A stretch of 64,000 nt of DNA from contig PSMW01000017.1 in assembly GCA_040290295.1 (NCBI GenBank), positions 6,840-70,839 on the forward strand, given 5' to 3'. Below the pieces are notes generated by a model that did no database searches, had not been told where the DNA came from, and saw only the letters and a list, made by a program, of their open reading frames with translations. The position numbers and the translations under genes are program-made. This document shows, one piece after another, positions 8,373 to 16,128 of the stretch. Numbering within the stretch: position 1 is the stretch's first letter; each line of letters opens with the position of its first letter. This DNA is from Ignavibacteria bacterium. Lineage in GTDB: Bacteria > Bacteroidota > Ignavibacteria > UBA10030 > UBA6906.

Positions 8373-10472
8373 ATGCAGCGATCAGGTCAGAGCTTGCCAA
8401 ACCGCGCCCACCCCCTCCACGTATTGCTTGCCTTAGTAGTCATCGGCGTGAGTCATCCTTCTCTTCGCTCACAGCACATCCGCTCGACGGCACCACGCAC
8501 ACACCACATCGTTCCGCTGCAGCCGGCGCTCGGCGATTCAACGTATATCCTTCTGTCCGATACTCTTTCTCGCAAGAGCGATGCCGATTCGACTCTTGTC
8601 GAGGACACCACACGCATGAGCACTCCCGCGTTGGTCGGCACCTATGACCGCTCGCTCGATTCTACAAAATTCATTACCAAAGAAGACCTTCACTTTCTCG
8701 ACTACCGATACCTCGGCGGTGTGCTGCTAACCCTGCCCGGCATTTTCCTTCGCGAGCAGTGGAGCGATGGGCAATACAGTCAGCTCACCGTGCGTGGAAG
8801 CGATTGGCGAGCGATCGCCATTACAGCCAACGGCAGACTCCTAAACGATCCTGCCTCTGGCATTTACAACCTGTACCACTTTACCACCGAGTATGCCGAT
8901 AGAATCGAAGTGGTGACGGGACCACGCGCGTTTCTGTACGGACTCAACAGCACCGGCGGCGCAGTGAATCTCGTGACCAAGAACTACAACAGCAATCGCC
9001 CCTTTTCGAAGATCAACTACACGGAAAGCGCGTACAACTACCAGTATAGCGACGGTACGTTCAGCCAGAATATATCGCGCAAGGTCAATTTCACATTCGG
9101 TTTTCAGCATCAAGGAACGGATGGACGCTTCCCCGCCAGCATGCACGACGCTTGGAATATGCGCGTCAAAGTGCGCTACAATCTTTCGCGCAAATTCCAC
9201 ATCATCCTTTCAGAGTATCTCACGCACACCGAAACGGACTTGAACGGCGGCGTGGACCCCGTCAAGACCGGCATCCCCGCGCTCGCTTTTGACCGCATTC
9301 AGGCGGTCATGCGCAACTACGATAGCTTCGAGAAGCTCCATCGTCACGATCTCGACCTCTCGCTGGTCGGCACGCTGTTGGGCGATACGACAAATGTTTC
9401 GACGCTCTCGTTCTACTATTCGAATGCTTTTCGTGAATACCGCGACGGAAACGCCCGGCGCAACTATCCATCCAACTCCATCATCATCAACTCCGATCAT
9501 CGTTCCTCATGGATGGGCGTGATGTTCACGCAAGATTACCACACCGACCGCCAACGCTTCAATGTCGGTGCAACCATCGAGGTACGACAAATCGAAGGCA
9601 GTCCCAATTTGGGCAGAAGACGAAACTCGATCGGCAGTGTCTGGGCTAAGGAGGAACTCCTCCTCGGCTCGTTTCTCACCGTCGCAGGTTTCGGCCGGTA
9701 CGACAGATACCTCGGAGAATCAGCCATCGGTGTCGGCGGCGATGCGACGCTGACGCTGAGCAATCAGCTCACACTTTTCGGCGGCGTCTCTACGTCCAAA
9801 CGCTTCCCCACGTATCAGGAATTGTTTTGGCGCGACAGCACTGTGAACCGAATCGAACCGATTGTGTCTGAAACACACCGGAGCGTAGAGTTGGGTGCGC
9901 GGCTTCATCTCCATCCGTCCCTCGATCTCCATTTTGCATACTTCCATCGAACCGTCGAACATCCCATTGTGACGAGGTCCTTTGGACGTGGGTTCGTGTT
10001 TCCGGGAGTGGAGTTTGGAAACGGCACCACGGTGTTCACGAACGGAATTGAAGCGCGCCTGCGGGCGCGGGTTTGGGTGCTCGCCGTGGAAGGAACGGGA
10101 ATGTTCATCACACAAAAAGATGGACGTGGAACGCTCTCCCGCTATCCGCGCTACAGTGCGAACGGCGGCATCTACTACTGGCAACGTCTGCTCCACGATC
10201 GTCTTGAACTGAAAGTCGGTTTCCGAGGTCGATATGTGTCAGGTTCGCAGGGTGAAGAATTCAATCCCGAAGTGCTGGCGTATGTTGCAGCATCGGGTCC
10301 GCCGATTGGGTACGGATCCTCGGTCGATGGATTCTTGATTGCTGCCATCGGAAGCGCGTACGTGCACTTCATGTGGGAGAACCTGACCAACGCGCGCTAC
10401 TACATCACCCCCTACTATCCGGTCCTCGACCGGGCAATCACGTTCGGCATCTCATGGCAGTTCTTGGATTGA
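8373..10472 (+). CDS. TonB-dependent outer-membrane receptor
   Basis: Signal-peptide-like N-terminus after ATG 8373, plug-domain text (RIEVVTGPRAFLYGLNSTGGAVNLVTKNY), a long beta-barrel and C-terminal ...ITFGISWQFLD. Confidence 0.8.
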   Translation: MQRSGQSLPNRAHPLHVLLALVVIGVSHPSLRSQHIRSTAPRTHHIVPLQPALGDSTYILLSDTLSRKSDADSTLVEDTTRMSTPALVGTYDRSLDSTKFITKEDLHFLDYRYLGGVLLTLPGIFLREQWSDGQYSQLTVRGSDWRAIAITANGRLLNDPASGIYNLYHFTTEYADRIEVVTGPRAFLYGLNSTGGAVNLVTKNYNSNRPFSKINYTESAYNYQYSDGTFSQNISRKVNFTFGFQHQGTDGRFPASMHDAWNMRVKVRYNLSRKFHIILSEYLTHTETDLNGGVDPVKTGIPALAFDRIQAVMRNYDSFEKLHRHDLDLSLVGTLLGDTTNVSTLSFYYSNAFREYRDGNARRNYPSNSIIINSDHRSSWMGVMFTQDYHTDRQRFNVGATIEVRQIEGSPNLGRRRNSIGSVWAKEELLLGSFLTVAGFGRYDRYLGESAIGVGGDATLTLSNQLTLFGGVSTSKRFPTYQELFWRDSTVNRIEPIVSETHRSVELGARLHLHPSLDLHFAYFHRTVEHPIVTRSFGRGFVFPGVEFGNGTTVFTNGIEARLRARVWVLAVEGTGMFITQKDGRGTLSRYPRYSANGGIYYWQRLLHDRLELKVGFRGRYVSGSQGEEFNPEVLAYVAASGPPIGYGSSVDGFLIAAIGSAYVHFMWENLTNARYYITPYYPVLDRAITFGISWQFLD

Positions 10473-10478
10473 AACAGC

Positions 10479-11027
10479 GTGAAGGAATCGAAGCGTACAA
10501 TCGTGTCTGTCTTCGGTAGCTCTCATCCACGAGAAGGAGAACCGGACTATCGTGAGGCGTACGAACTCGGCGCACGGCTCGCGGCAACGGGTTTCGTGGT
10601 GTGCAACGGCGGATACGGGGGCGTGATGGAAGCGTCGGCACGCGGAGCCAAATCGGCGCGCGGCGTCACCATCGGCGTTACGTGCGCGAGTTTCAGCGGC
10701 AGCACTCCCAACAAATGGATCGACGAGGTCGTCGAGACAGTGACGCTTGTCGATCGCCTGCAGAAGCTCGTTGCGTTGGGCGACGCTTACGTGGTAATGA
10801 AAGGTGGAACAGGAACGCTGCTCGAACTGGCTGCTGTCTGGGAATTCACCACCAAGGGCTTGATGCGCTCGAAGCCGATCGTTGTTCTGGGGGCGTACTG
10901 GAAACCCGTCATCGAAACGCTGCGCGTCCAACTCATCCACGAAGGATCGATCGCTGCTGCGCGCGCGATTCTCGAAGCAGAGTCGCCGCAACAGTGCATA
11001 GAGATTCTTCGTACACGATTGACGTAA
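10479..11027 (+). CDS. LOG family / TIGR00725-type nucleotide-binding protein
   Basis: VSVFGSS...CNGGYGGVMEA...VVMKGGTGTLLE motifs; GTG start 6 nt after the receptor stop. Confidence 0.75.
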   Translation: MKESKRTIVSVFGSSHPREGEPDYREAYELGARLAATGFVVCNGGYGGVMEASARGAKSARGVTIGVTCASFSGSTPNKWIDEVVETVTLVDRLQKLVALGDAYVVMKGGTGTLLELAAVWEFTTKGLMRSKPIVVLGAYWKPVIETLRVQLIHEGSIAAARAILEAESPQQCIEILRTRLT

Positions 11028-11055
11028 CCCCATCCCTATCTCAACGGAGGACTCG

Positions 11056-11538
11056 ATGGCATTTGACCCGCGGCAGTTTTTGCTCCACATGATCGATGAG
11101 GCATACGAAAAGAAGACCTGGCATGGGCCGAATCTGAAAGGTTCGCTACGCGGCATCGATGCTCGGCAAGCACTCTGGCGTCCGGCACCGAATCGACACA
11201 ATATTTGGGAGCTGACGCTCCACGCAGCGTATTGGAAGTACATAGTCCGCAGGCGACTGTTACGCGAGAAGCGGGGTTCGTTCCCGCTCGAAGGCAGCAA
11301 CTGGTTCGCCGTTCCCGATACGCCAAACGAAGCGCAATGGAGGGCGCATCTCCGTCTTCTTGACGAGACACATCGTTCGATGCGTGAGGAGATCGCCTCG
11401 CTCCCCATCGCACGGCTTTCTGCAAAAACGCCAAACAGCAAGAACACCAACAGCGCAGTCATCCTCGGTATTGCCAATCACGACGTGTATCATGCGGGAC
11501 AAATTCAACTCTTGAAACGTCTGATGAAGGACCGATGA
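11056..11538 (+). CDS. DinB family protein
   Basis: Four-helix DinB-like pattern: W.GPN, HAAYWKY and C-terminal NHDVYHAGQIQLLKRL. Confidence 0.7.
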   Translation: MAFDPRQFLLHMIDEAYEKKTWHGPNLKGSLRGIDARQALWRPAPNRHNIWELTLHAAYWKYIVRRRLLREKRGSFPLEGSNWFAVPDTPNEAQWRAHLRLLDETHRSMREEIASLPIARLSAKTPNSKNTNSAVILGIANHDVYHAGQIQLLKRLMKDR

Positions 11539-12461
11539 TGGACGAGCGAACCTCGATGACAGACGCTGAGCGCAACGTTTCGTTGCGCGTAGCGCTCGCC
11601 TATCTCAGCGTCTTTCTGATTTGGGGCTCGACGTATCTCGCGATCAGAATCGGTGTACAGGATTTGCCGCCAGCATTGTTCGCAGGTGTGCGCTTCGTTT
11701 GCGCCGGCGCTCTGATGCTTGCCTACAGCAGGCTAAGAGGCTTGCCCCTCCCCAACCGGACTGGTATGCTCCATCTTTCGATCACGGGCTTGTTCCTTCT
11801 CGTCGGCGGCAATTTGCTGGTGGTGTGGTCGGAAAAAACGATTCCATCGGGACTGGCAGCTCTCATCATCGCCATCGTGCCCCTGCTCATGTCAACGATC
11901 GATGCACTCATGCCCAAAGGCCAATCGCTTCCCCCGATCGGCTGGCTCGGCATTGTCGTGGGCATCGCCGGAACGATCATTCTCGTTTCTCCAAGTCTTG
12001 GCTTGGTCGAGGGAGAGCATCTCGATCCTTACGGAGTCATCGGGCTATTGTTGGCATGCCTCTTCTGGTCGATCGGCTCTGTGTATTCGCGGCATCACCA
12101 TGTCGAAGGAAACATCTTCGTCAATTCGGGTGTTCAAAATATGGTACCGGGCATTGCGCTCGTTGGGCTCGGCATCGCCGCAGGTGAAGTGCCGCAATTC
12201 CATCTTACGTACAACGGCACGCTTGCGCTCTTCTATCTCATTGTGTTCGGTTCGATCCTCGGGTACACTTCGTACGTGTACTTGTTGCGCCATCAGCCCC
12301 CTGCGAAGGCTTCGACGTATGCTTACGTCAACCCAGTGGTAGCAATTGTCCTCGGCTGGTTGGTGTTGGACGAGCCAGTCACGTTGCGCACGATTGTTGC
12401 TATGCTGATCATTCTCGGCGGAGTTGCCATCGTTCAAACAAGCAAGATGAGGAAGAAGTGA
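11535..12461 (+). CDS. EamA/DMT family transporter
   Basis: About 10 TM segments with two EamA-type repeats (LIWGSTYLAIR...; ...LGGVAIVQ). ATGA start/stop overlap with the upstream gene. Confidence 0.85.
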   Translation: MMDERTSMTDAERNVSLRVALAYLSVFLIWGSTYLAIRIGVQDLPPALFAGVRFVCAGALMLAYSRLRGLPLPNRTGMLHLSITGLFLLVGGNLLVVWSEKTIPSGLAALIIAIVPLLMSTIDALMPKGQSLPPIGWLGIVVGIAGTIILVSPSLGLVEGEHLDPYGVIGLLLACLFWSIGSVYSRHHHVEGNIFVNSGVQNMVPGIALVGLGIAAGEVPQFHLTYNGTLALFYLIVFGSILGYTSYVYLLRHQPPAKASTYAYVNPVVAIVLGWLVLDEPVTLRTIVAMLIILGGVAIVQTSKMRKK

Positions 12462-12937
12462 GATCGATGCGATCGTTGTTCGTCATGATTGTGCGGGAAG
12501 CTGCGCTGATCGCCTTCGCCGCAGTGCTTCTCGGATTCGGGTATGGTTTCGTTATGAAGAAGGGGCTGTTCGCCCCGACTCAACCCACGAGCAACCTTCC
12601 TGTAGCACCACCCGCGCCAACGTTCATCGACTACGAAGAGGCACTCCGCTGTTTCCGAGAAGGCTCAGCACTCTTTGTCGATGCACGTCACGAGTACGAC
12701 TACAAGCTCGGACACATCCGTGGGGCGATCAACGTTCCGCTGAAGGACTTCGACCTTGCGACTTCGCCGCTAGCACCAACACCGAAGAACCAATTGATCG
12801 TGACGTACTGCGATGGGGCTGAGTGCAACTCCAGCATCGAGCTGGCGCAGAAACTCGCTGCGGCAGGATTCACCAATGTCAAGATGTTTTTTGGGGGATG
12901 GAATGAATGGCAACAGCACCACTTGCCGACGGAGTGA
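12458..12937 (+). CDS. membrane-anchored rhodanese-like domain protein
   Basis: N-terminal TM, then a rhodanese fold (FVDARHEYDYKLGHIRGAINVP ... VTYCDGAECNSS ... GGWNEW). Start overlaps the upstream stop. Confidence 0.8.
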   Translation: MRSMRSLFVMIVREAALIAFAAVLLGFGYGFVMKKGLFAPTQPTSNLPVAPPAPTFIDYEEALRCFREGSALFVDARHEYDYKLGHIRGAINVPLKDFDLATSPLAPTPKNQLIVTYCDGAECNSSIELAQKLAAAGFTNVKMFFGGWNEWQQHHLPTE

Positions 12938-12962
12938 CAATCAAGATGTTCGGAGTGAAACA

Positions 12963-13466
12963 ATGAAAGCGCTGAGAAAGGTGATCGACAATGCGTTCGT
13001 GGCGCTGAGCGCACGCATGCTGCTCGGGTTCATCTTCGTCGTTGCTAGCACCGATACGATCGCCGACCCGACGGCGTTTGCCACTTCGATTTCGTATTAC
13101 AAGATCGTCGGTGCACCACTTACGCTCATCATTGCCACCGTCCTTCCGTGGCTGGAATTGTTGTGCGGGCTCTTTCTTCTTTTCGGCATGCTCACCAAAG
13201 GCAGCAGCGGACTCATTCTCCTCATGCTGGTCGTCTTCACCGGTGGCGTTCTCTCCGGTATTGCCCGCGGTTTAGATATATCGTGTGGGTGCTTCACGCG
13301 AGATCCCACCGTGGATAAGATCGGGTGGCTGAAAGTGTCCGAGAACCTTCTGCTCATCGTGCTGGGCTTTGTGTGTCTTTTCACCAACTCCACTCGGTTC
13401 ACTCTCGTGCATGGGGTCGATCCTGATTCATCCCCTGCACGCCGCTCGGCATCCGATGCGTCATAA
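12963..13466 (+). CDS. DoxX/MauE family membrane protein
   Basis: 4-TM protein with a SCGCF motif. Start moved to ATG 12963 (MKALRKV...). Rhodanese plus MauE/DoxX is a common pairing. Confidence 0.7.
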   Translation: MKALRKVIDNAFVALSARMLLGFIFVVASTDTIADPTAFATSISYYKIVGAPLTLIIATVLPWLELLCGLFLLFGMLTKGSSGLILLMLVVFTGGVLSGIARGLDISCGCFTRDPTVDKIGWLKVSENLLLIVLGFVCLFTNSTRFTLVHGVDPDSSPARRSASDAS

Positions 13467-13491
13467 TCCTCATCATCGGCGTTGACCTTGC

Positions 13492-14060
13492 GTGGGGCGA
13501 CAAGAAGCCCGACGGCGTATAAGCAATCTATTCATCGGCACAGACAACGGAACAGGCACAGCCGTACACATGCCACCGGATGATAATATCTTGCCCGCCC
13601 AGTGCTTCGCAACAACATCTTCTATCTTAACTGGCTTTCTTCTTCACCTGAAGGCGGAACGATCCAGGGCGGAGGTACACTGACCTACTCGAACATCTAC
13701 AACCGTGATAGCTCAACCTACACGCCGCCTCCGAACGCGATCAACTTCAAGCGCTACCCGAGCTTTGTCAACCCGGCATCAGGCGATTTCTCCCTCCGAT
13801 ACTTTTCGCCGAGCGTCGATTCTGGAGACCCAAGTGACTCTTTTGCTCTTGAGCCTGTCCCAAATGGGAATCGCATTAATCAAGGTCATCAAGGTAACAC
13901 TCTGCTCGTGCCGGACCACTGGAACCTTCCCGCCACTGGAGGATGGATTGCCAGCGGACCTGTTCCCTCACCTTCAGGAATCGCTTGGATCGGCACCATC
14001 GCCTTGCTGAATGTGGCAGTATTTTATCAGGCTCTTGAGAATAGATTTAATTTTTCGTAA
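13492..14060 (+). pseudogene. C-terminal fragment of a right-handed beta-helix (pectin-lyase-fold) secreted protein, internally frameshifted
   Basis: Two overlapping frames (13492..13683, 13602..14060). The second carries the typical family tail ...NNIFY...YSNIY...FVNPASGDFSLRYFSPSVDSGDP...PNGNRIN.G..GNT. There is no N-terminal part or signal peptide upstream. Confidence 0.45.
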
Positions 14061-14206
14061 GAATGGACCAACATTCCGAGGAGGTACCTCCTGATGCACG
14101 TGAACAAGCCGCCAACCCAACCGCAGCCTCCATCGATACGGAGCGCTGAACGAAGACTCGGAAGAGACACTCTCCTCGCCCCCCCCACACACACCTTTTC
14201 CTCGAT

Positions 14207-14509
14207 ATGGCGAATCGTCTTGCCGTCAGCTTTCCATATAACGAACACGATATCCGAGAGATAAAGAAAATTTCCGGACACAGATGGCATCCCAATCAAA
14301 AGTGCTGGACCGTTCCGTTTAGTCCTGAGAACACACAGCAGCTTTTAGCACTGTTCGATGGAAAGAAGGTGAACGTAGCCCCTGAGCTTCGAGCACGGCT
14401 GGGCGGGGCCAAAGCAACTATAGAACTGCCTCCAGTCTCGGTCCAATCCACTGGTGGACTTTGCCGCCCGCCCCGTCTCTGGTGGGCAAGAAGGCCGTGC
14501 CGAGGATGA
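14207..14509 (+). pseudogene. N-terminal stub resembling the small N-terminal domain of some tyrosine recombinases (possible truncated integron integrase)
   Basis: The first ~60 aa (SFPYNEHDIREIKKISGHRWHPNQKCWTVPFSPENTQQLLALF) match, from memory, an F/YPY...G.RW....K.W.vP module seen ahead of recombinase cores. The rest is Arg/Pro/Gly-rich and stops; no catalytic domain follows in any frame. Confidence 0.3.
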
Positions 14510-14764
14510 TCGATATGACCGTCTTGAATATCATCTGTGTAACTGCTCTACGAAAAAGTAATGAACGTGGAAGAAGGAGTCAAGGAATTCCGGAAAGGCC
14601 AGGATGTCTCAGTTTCCGCGGACAGCCGATAGGCTGACGAGCACAATGTAGGCAGGGTAGGCGACTGATGCAAGAGAAAAGTGAAACGATTTAACGTGCG
14701 ACTCATCCCGATTTTTACCGGGACATAAGGGTGGGAAGTGAGTCGCACTTGTAAAAAAATAATG

Positions 14765-14793
14765 TTGACGATGTGCAGGAAAGTTAGCAAATT
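14765..14793 (+). promoter_or_regulatory. candidate cassette promoter (sigma70-like TTGACG-17-CAAATT)
   Basis: TTGACG at 14765-14770, a 17-nt spacer, CAAATT at 14788-14793. It faces the cassettes about 125 nt upstream of the attI-like crossover point. The -10 is weak and this is by eye only. Confidence 0.2.
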
Positions 14794-14856
14794 CGCGGCG
14801 ATGAAAGACAAGGTGGACAGGTTATGACCAAGACTGGGAACGAAGCTATAAGACAA

Positions 14857-14926
14857 ATAGACGAAGTTCGTCTATTACGCCGTAATGGGAATATAGACGA
14901 AGTTCGTTAACTCACTAGTTATAGGC
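14857..14926 (+). other. attI-like primary recombination site
   Basis: 19-bp palindrome ATAGACGAAGTTCGTCTAT (14857-14875). Its 15-nt left part repeats directly at 14893-14907, followed by CGTTAAC-tcacta-GTTATAGGC. GTTATAGGC is the exact complement of the 5' box of the first attC (GCCTATAAC). Confidence 0.45.
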
Positions 14927-14957
14927 AATTGCCCGCACTAAGGAAGGAGTAGTCTCA

Positions 14958-15890
14958 ATGGCAAATCTATTCTGGAAGCAAAAGGGGAAGAAGACACTCA
15001 ACCTTGTCTCTACTCCGTTTGCTTCTGAGGAAGAATTCGAGAAGGTCATCTTTGAAACGAAGGAGATACTCGAAGACATTTTTCTCATCAAGCGACAAAT
15101 CCGAGGCGGCAAGAAGGCTGGCATTCCTGACATTGTTGGCATCGACAACGACGGCAACGTGTGCATCGTTGAGATGAAAAATGTTACCATTGACGCTTCT
15201 GTCATTCCTCAAGTTTTGGCTTATGCGTTCTGGGCACAGAAAAATCCTGACTCCATCAAGAATCTTTGGCTTGAAGCACCCAAGCAACCAGAAGATGTTG
15301 TCGTAAATTGGGACAATTACGAAGTCAAAATAATCATCATTGCTCCCTCAATCGAGCATTCAACTCTTGAACTCGTAAACACTATCACGTATCCCGTTGA
15401 CCTGATTGAAATCAAACGCTGGGTCGAAGGTCCGAATCAGTTTCTTCTTGTTAACAAGTTGGAACCCGAGCAACCGAAGAAAGTTCGTGCGGTTCGAGGT
15501 CTCGAAACTTACGACTGTGCTTTCTACGAGAGCCATTACAACAAACTTAGCGTCAATGCGTTCTTGAGCTTTGCTGAGGAAACCGAGCATCTTATCAAGT
15601 CGAAGGGTTGGCCCCTCGAAATGAAGTTCAACAAGCACTACTGCGGTTTCAAGCACGGCTTCTTCAACGCCTTTGGCATCAAGTGGATCGGCTCTAAGAC
15701 GTTTGCTTTCTTTTTCAAGCTACCAAAGTCTGCTGCCGAGAAGACTCAACCCGAAGGTCTCAAGATGGATCGATACGAGGATCAATGGAAGGAAGCGGTC
15801 TACAAGGTCGATCCATCAAAAACCAAAGTCAAAGCCTTCTTGCCACTCTTTGAGAAGGCTCTCAATTCTGTAACTGGAAAGGTTGAGTGA
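14958..15890 (+). CDS. PD-(D/E)xK nuclease (NucS/DUF91-like N-domain) fused to an uncharacterised C-terminal domain; cassette 1
   Basis: GIPDIVGIDNDGNVCIVEMKNV = D...(D/E)xK nuclease core in the NucS-like context (...QVLAYAFWA). The C-terminal half (KHYCGFKHGFFNAFGIKWIGSKTFAFFFKLP) looks like the DUF4268/DUF5655-type module. Strong SD AGGAAGGAG. Confidence 0.7.
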   Translation: MANLFWKQKGKKTLNLVSTPFASEEEFEKVIFETKEILEDIFLIKRQIRGGKKAGIPDIVGIDNDGNVCIVEMKNVTIDASVIPQVLAYAFWAQKNPDSIKNLWLEAPKQPEDVVVNWDNYEVKIIIIAPSIEHSTLELVNTITYPVDLIEIKRWVEGPNQFLLVNKLEPEQPKKVRAVRGLETYDCAFYESHYNKLSVNAFLSFAEETEHLIKSKGWPLEMKFNKHYCGFKHGFFNAFGIKWIGSKTFAFFFKLPKSAAEKTQPEGLKMDRYEDQWKEAVYKVDPSKTKVKAFLPLFEKALNSVTGKVE

Positions 15891-16082
15891 GCGGGCAACT
15901 GCCTATAACAAGCAAAACACCGACGCATCATCTTTTGATAAGGATTATAGATGTCGCTCAATGCTGTTGCTCACAATTTGGTTTGCGCCGCCCGCCGCGA
16001 GAGAATTAGTCTTTTGTAGCAGCGGTCGTCGCATCATTTTGTAGTTCGCAACAGCACTGCGGTGTTTTGCTAAACGTTAGAC
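15891..16082 (+). repeat. attC site 1
   Basis: Starts 1 nt after the stop. 5' arm GCGGGCAACTGCCTATAAC-AAG-CAAAACACCG; 3' arm CGGTGTTTTG-CTAAAC-GTTAGAC (12-bp perfect L box, GTTRRRY core at 16076-16082). Confidence 0.8.
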
Positions 16083-16128
16083 GGAATGCCATCACCAATT
16101 AACTCATATCACAAGAAAGGAGTTTCAT

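Noticed and set aside
10452-11477. 341-aa minus-strand ORF.
   Set aside because: It is antisense to two well-supported genes (LOG family, DinB family), is Arg/Ser/Cys-rich with no motifs, and is typical of GC-driven antisense ORFs.
14696-14748. GTGCG at the start of the hairpin suggested a group II intron 5' end (group IIC introns target attC sites).
   Set aside because: There is no reverse-transcriptase ORF and no domain V/VI-like structure, and only about 50 nt of structure. The segment up to the first cassette is far too short for an intron.
14548-14856. Minus-strand 102-aa ORF as a divergently transcribed intI (the classic integron layout).
   Set aside because: The sequence (MSYSFVPSLGHNLSTLSFIAANLL...) has no tyrosine-recombinase motifs, is far too short, and overlaps the candidate promoter and hairpin region. 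It is probably non-coding.
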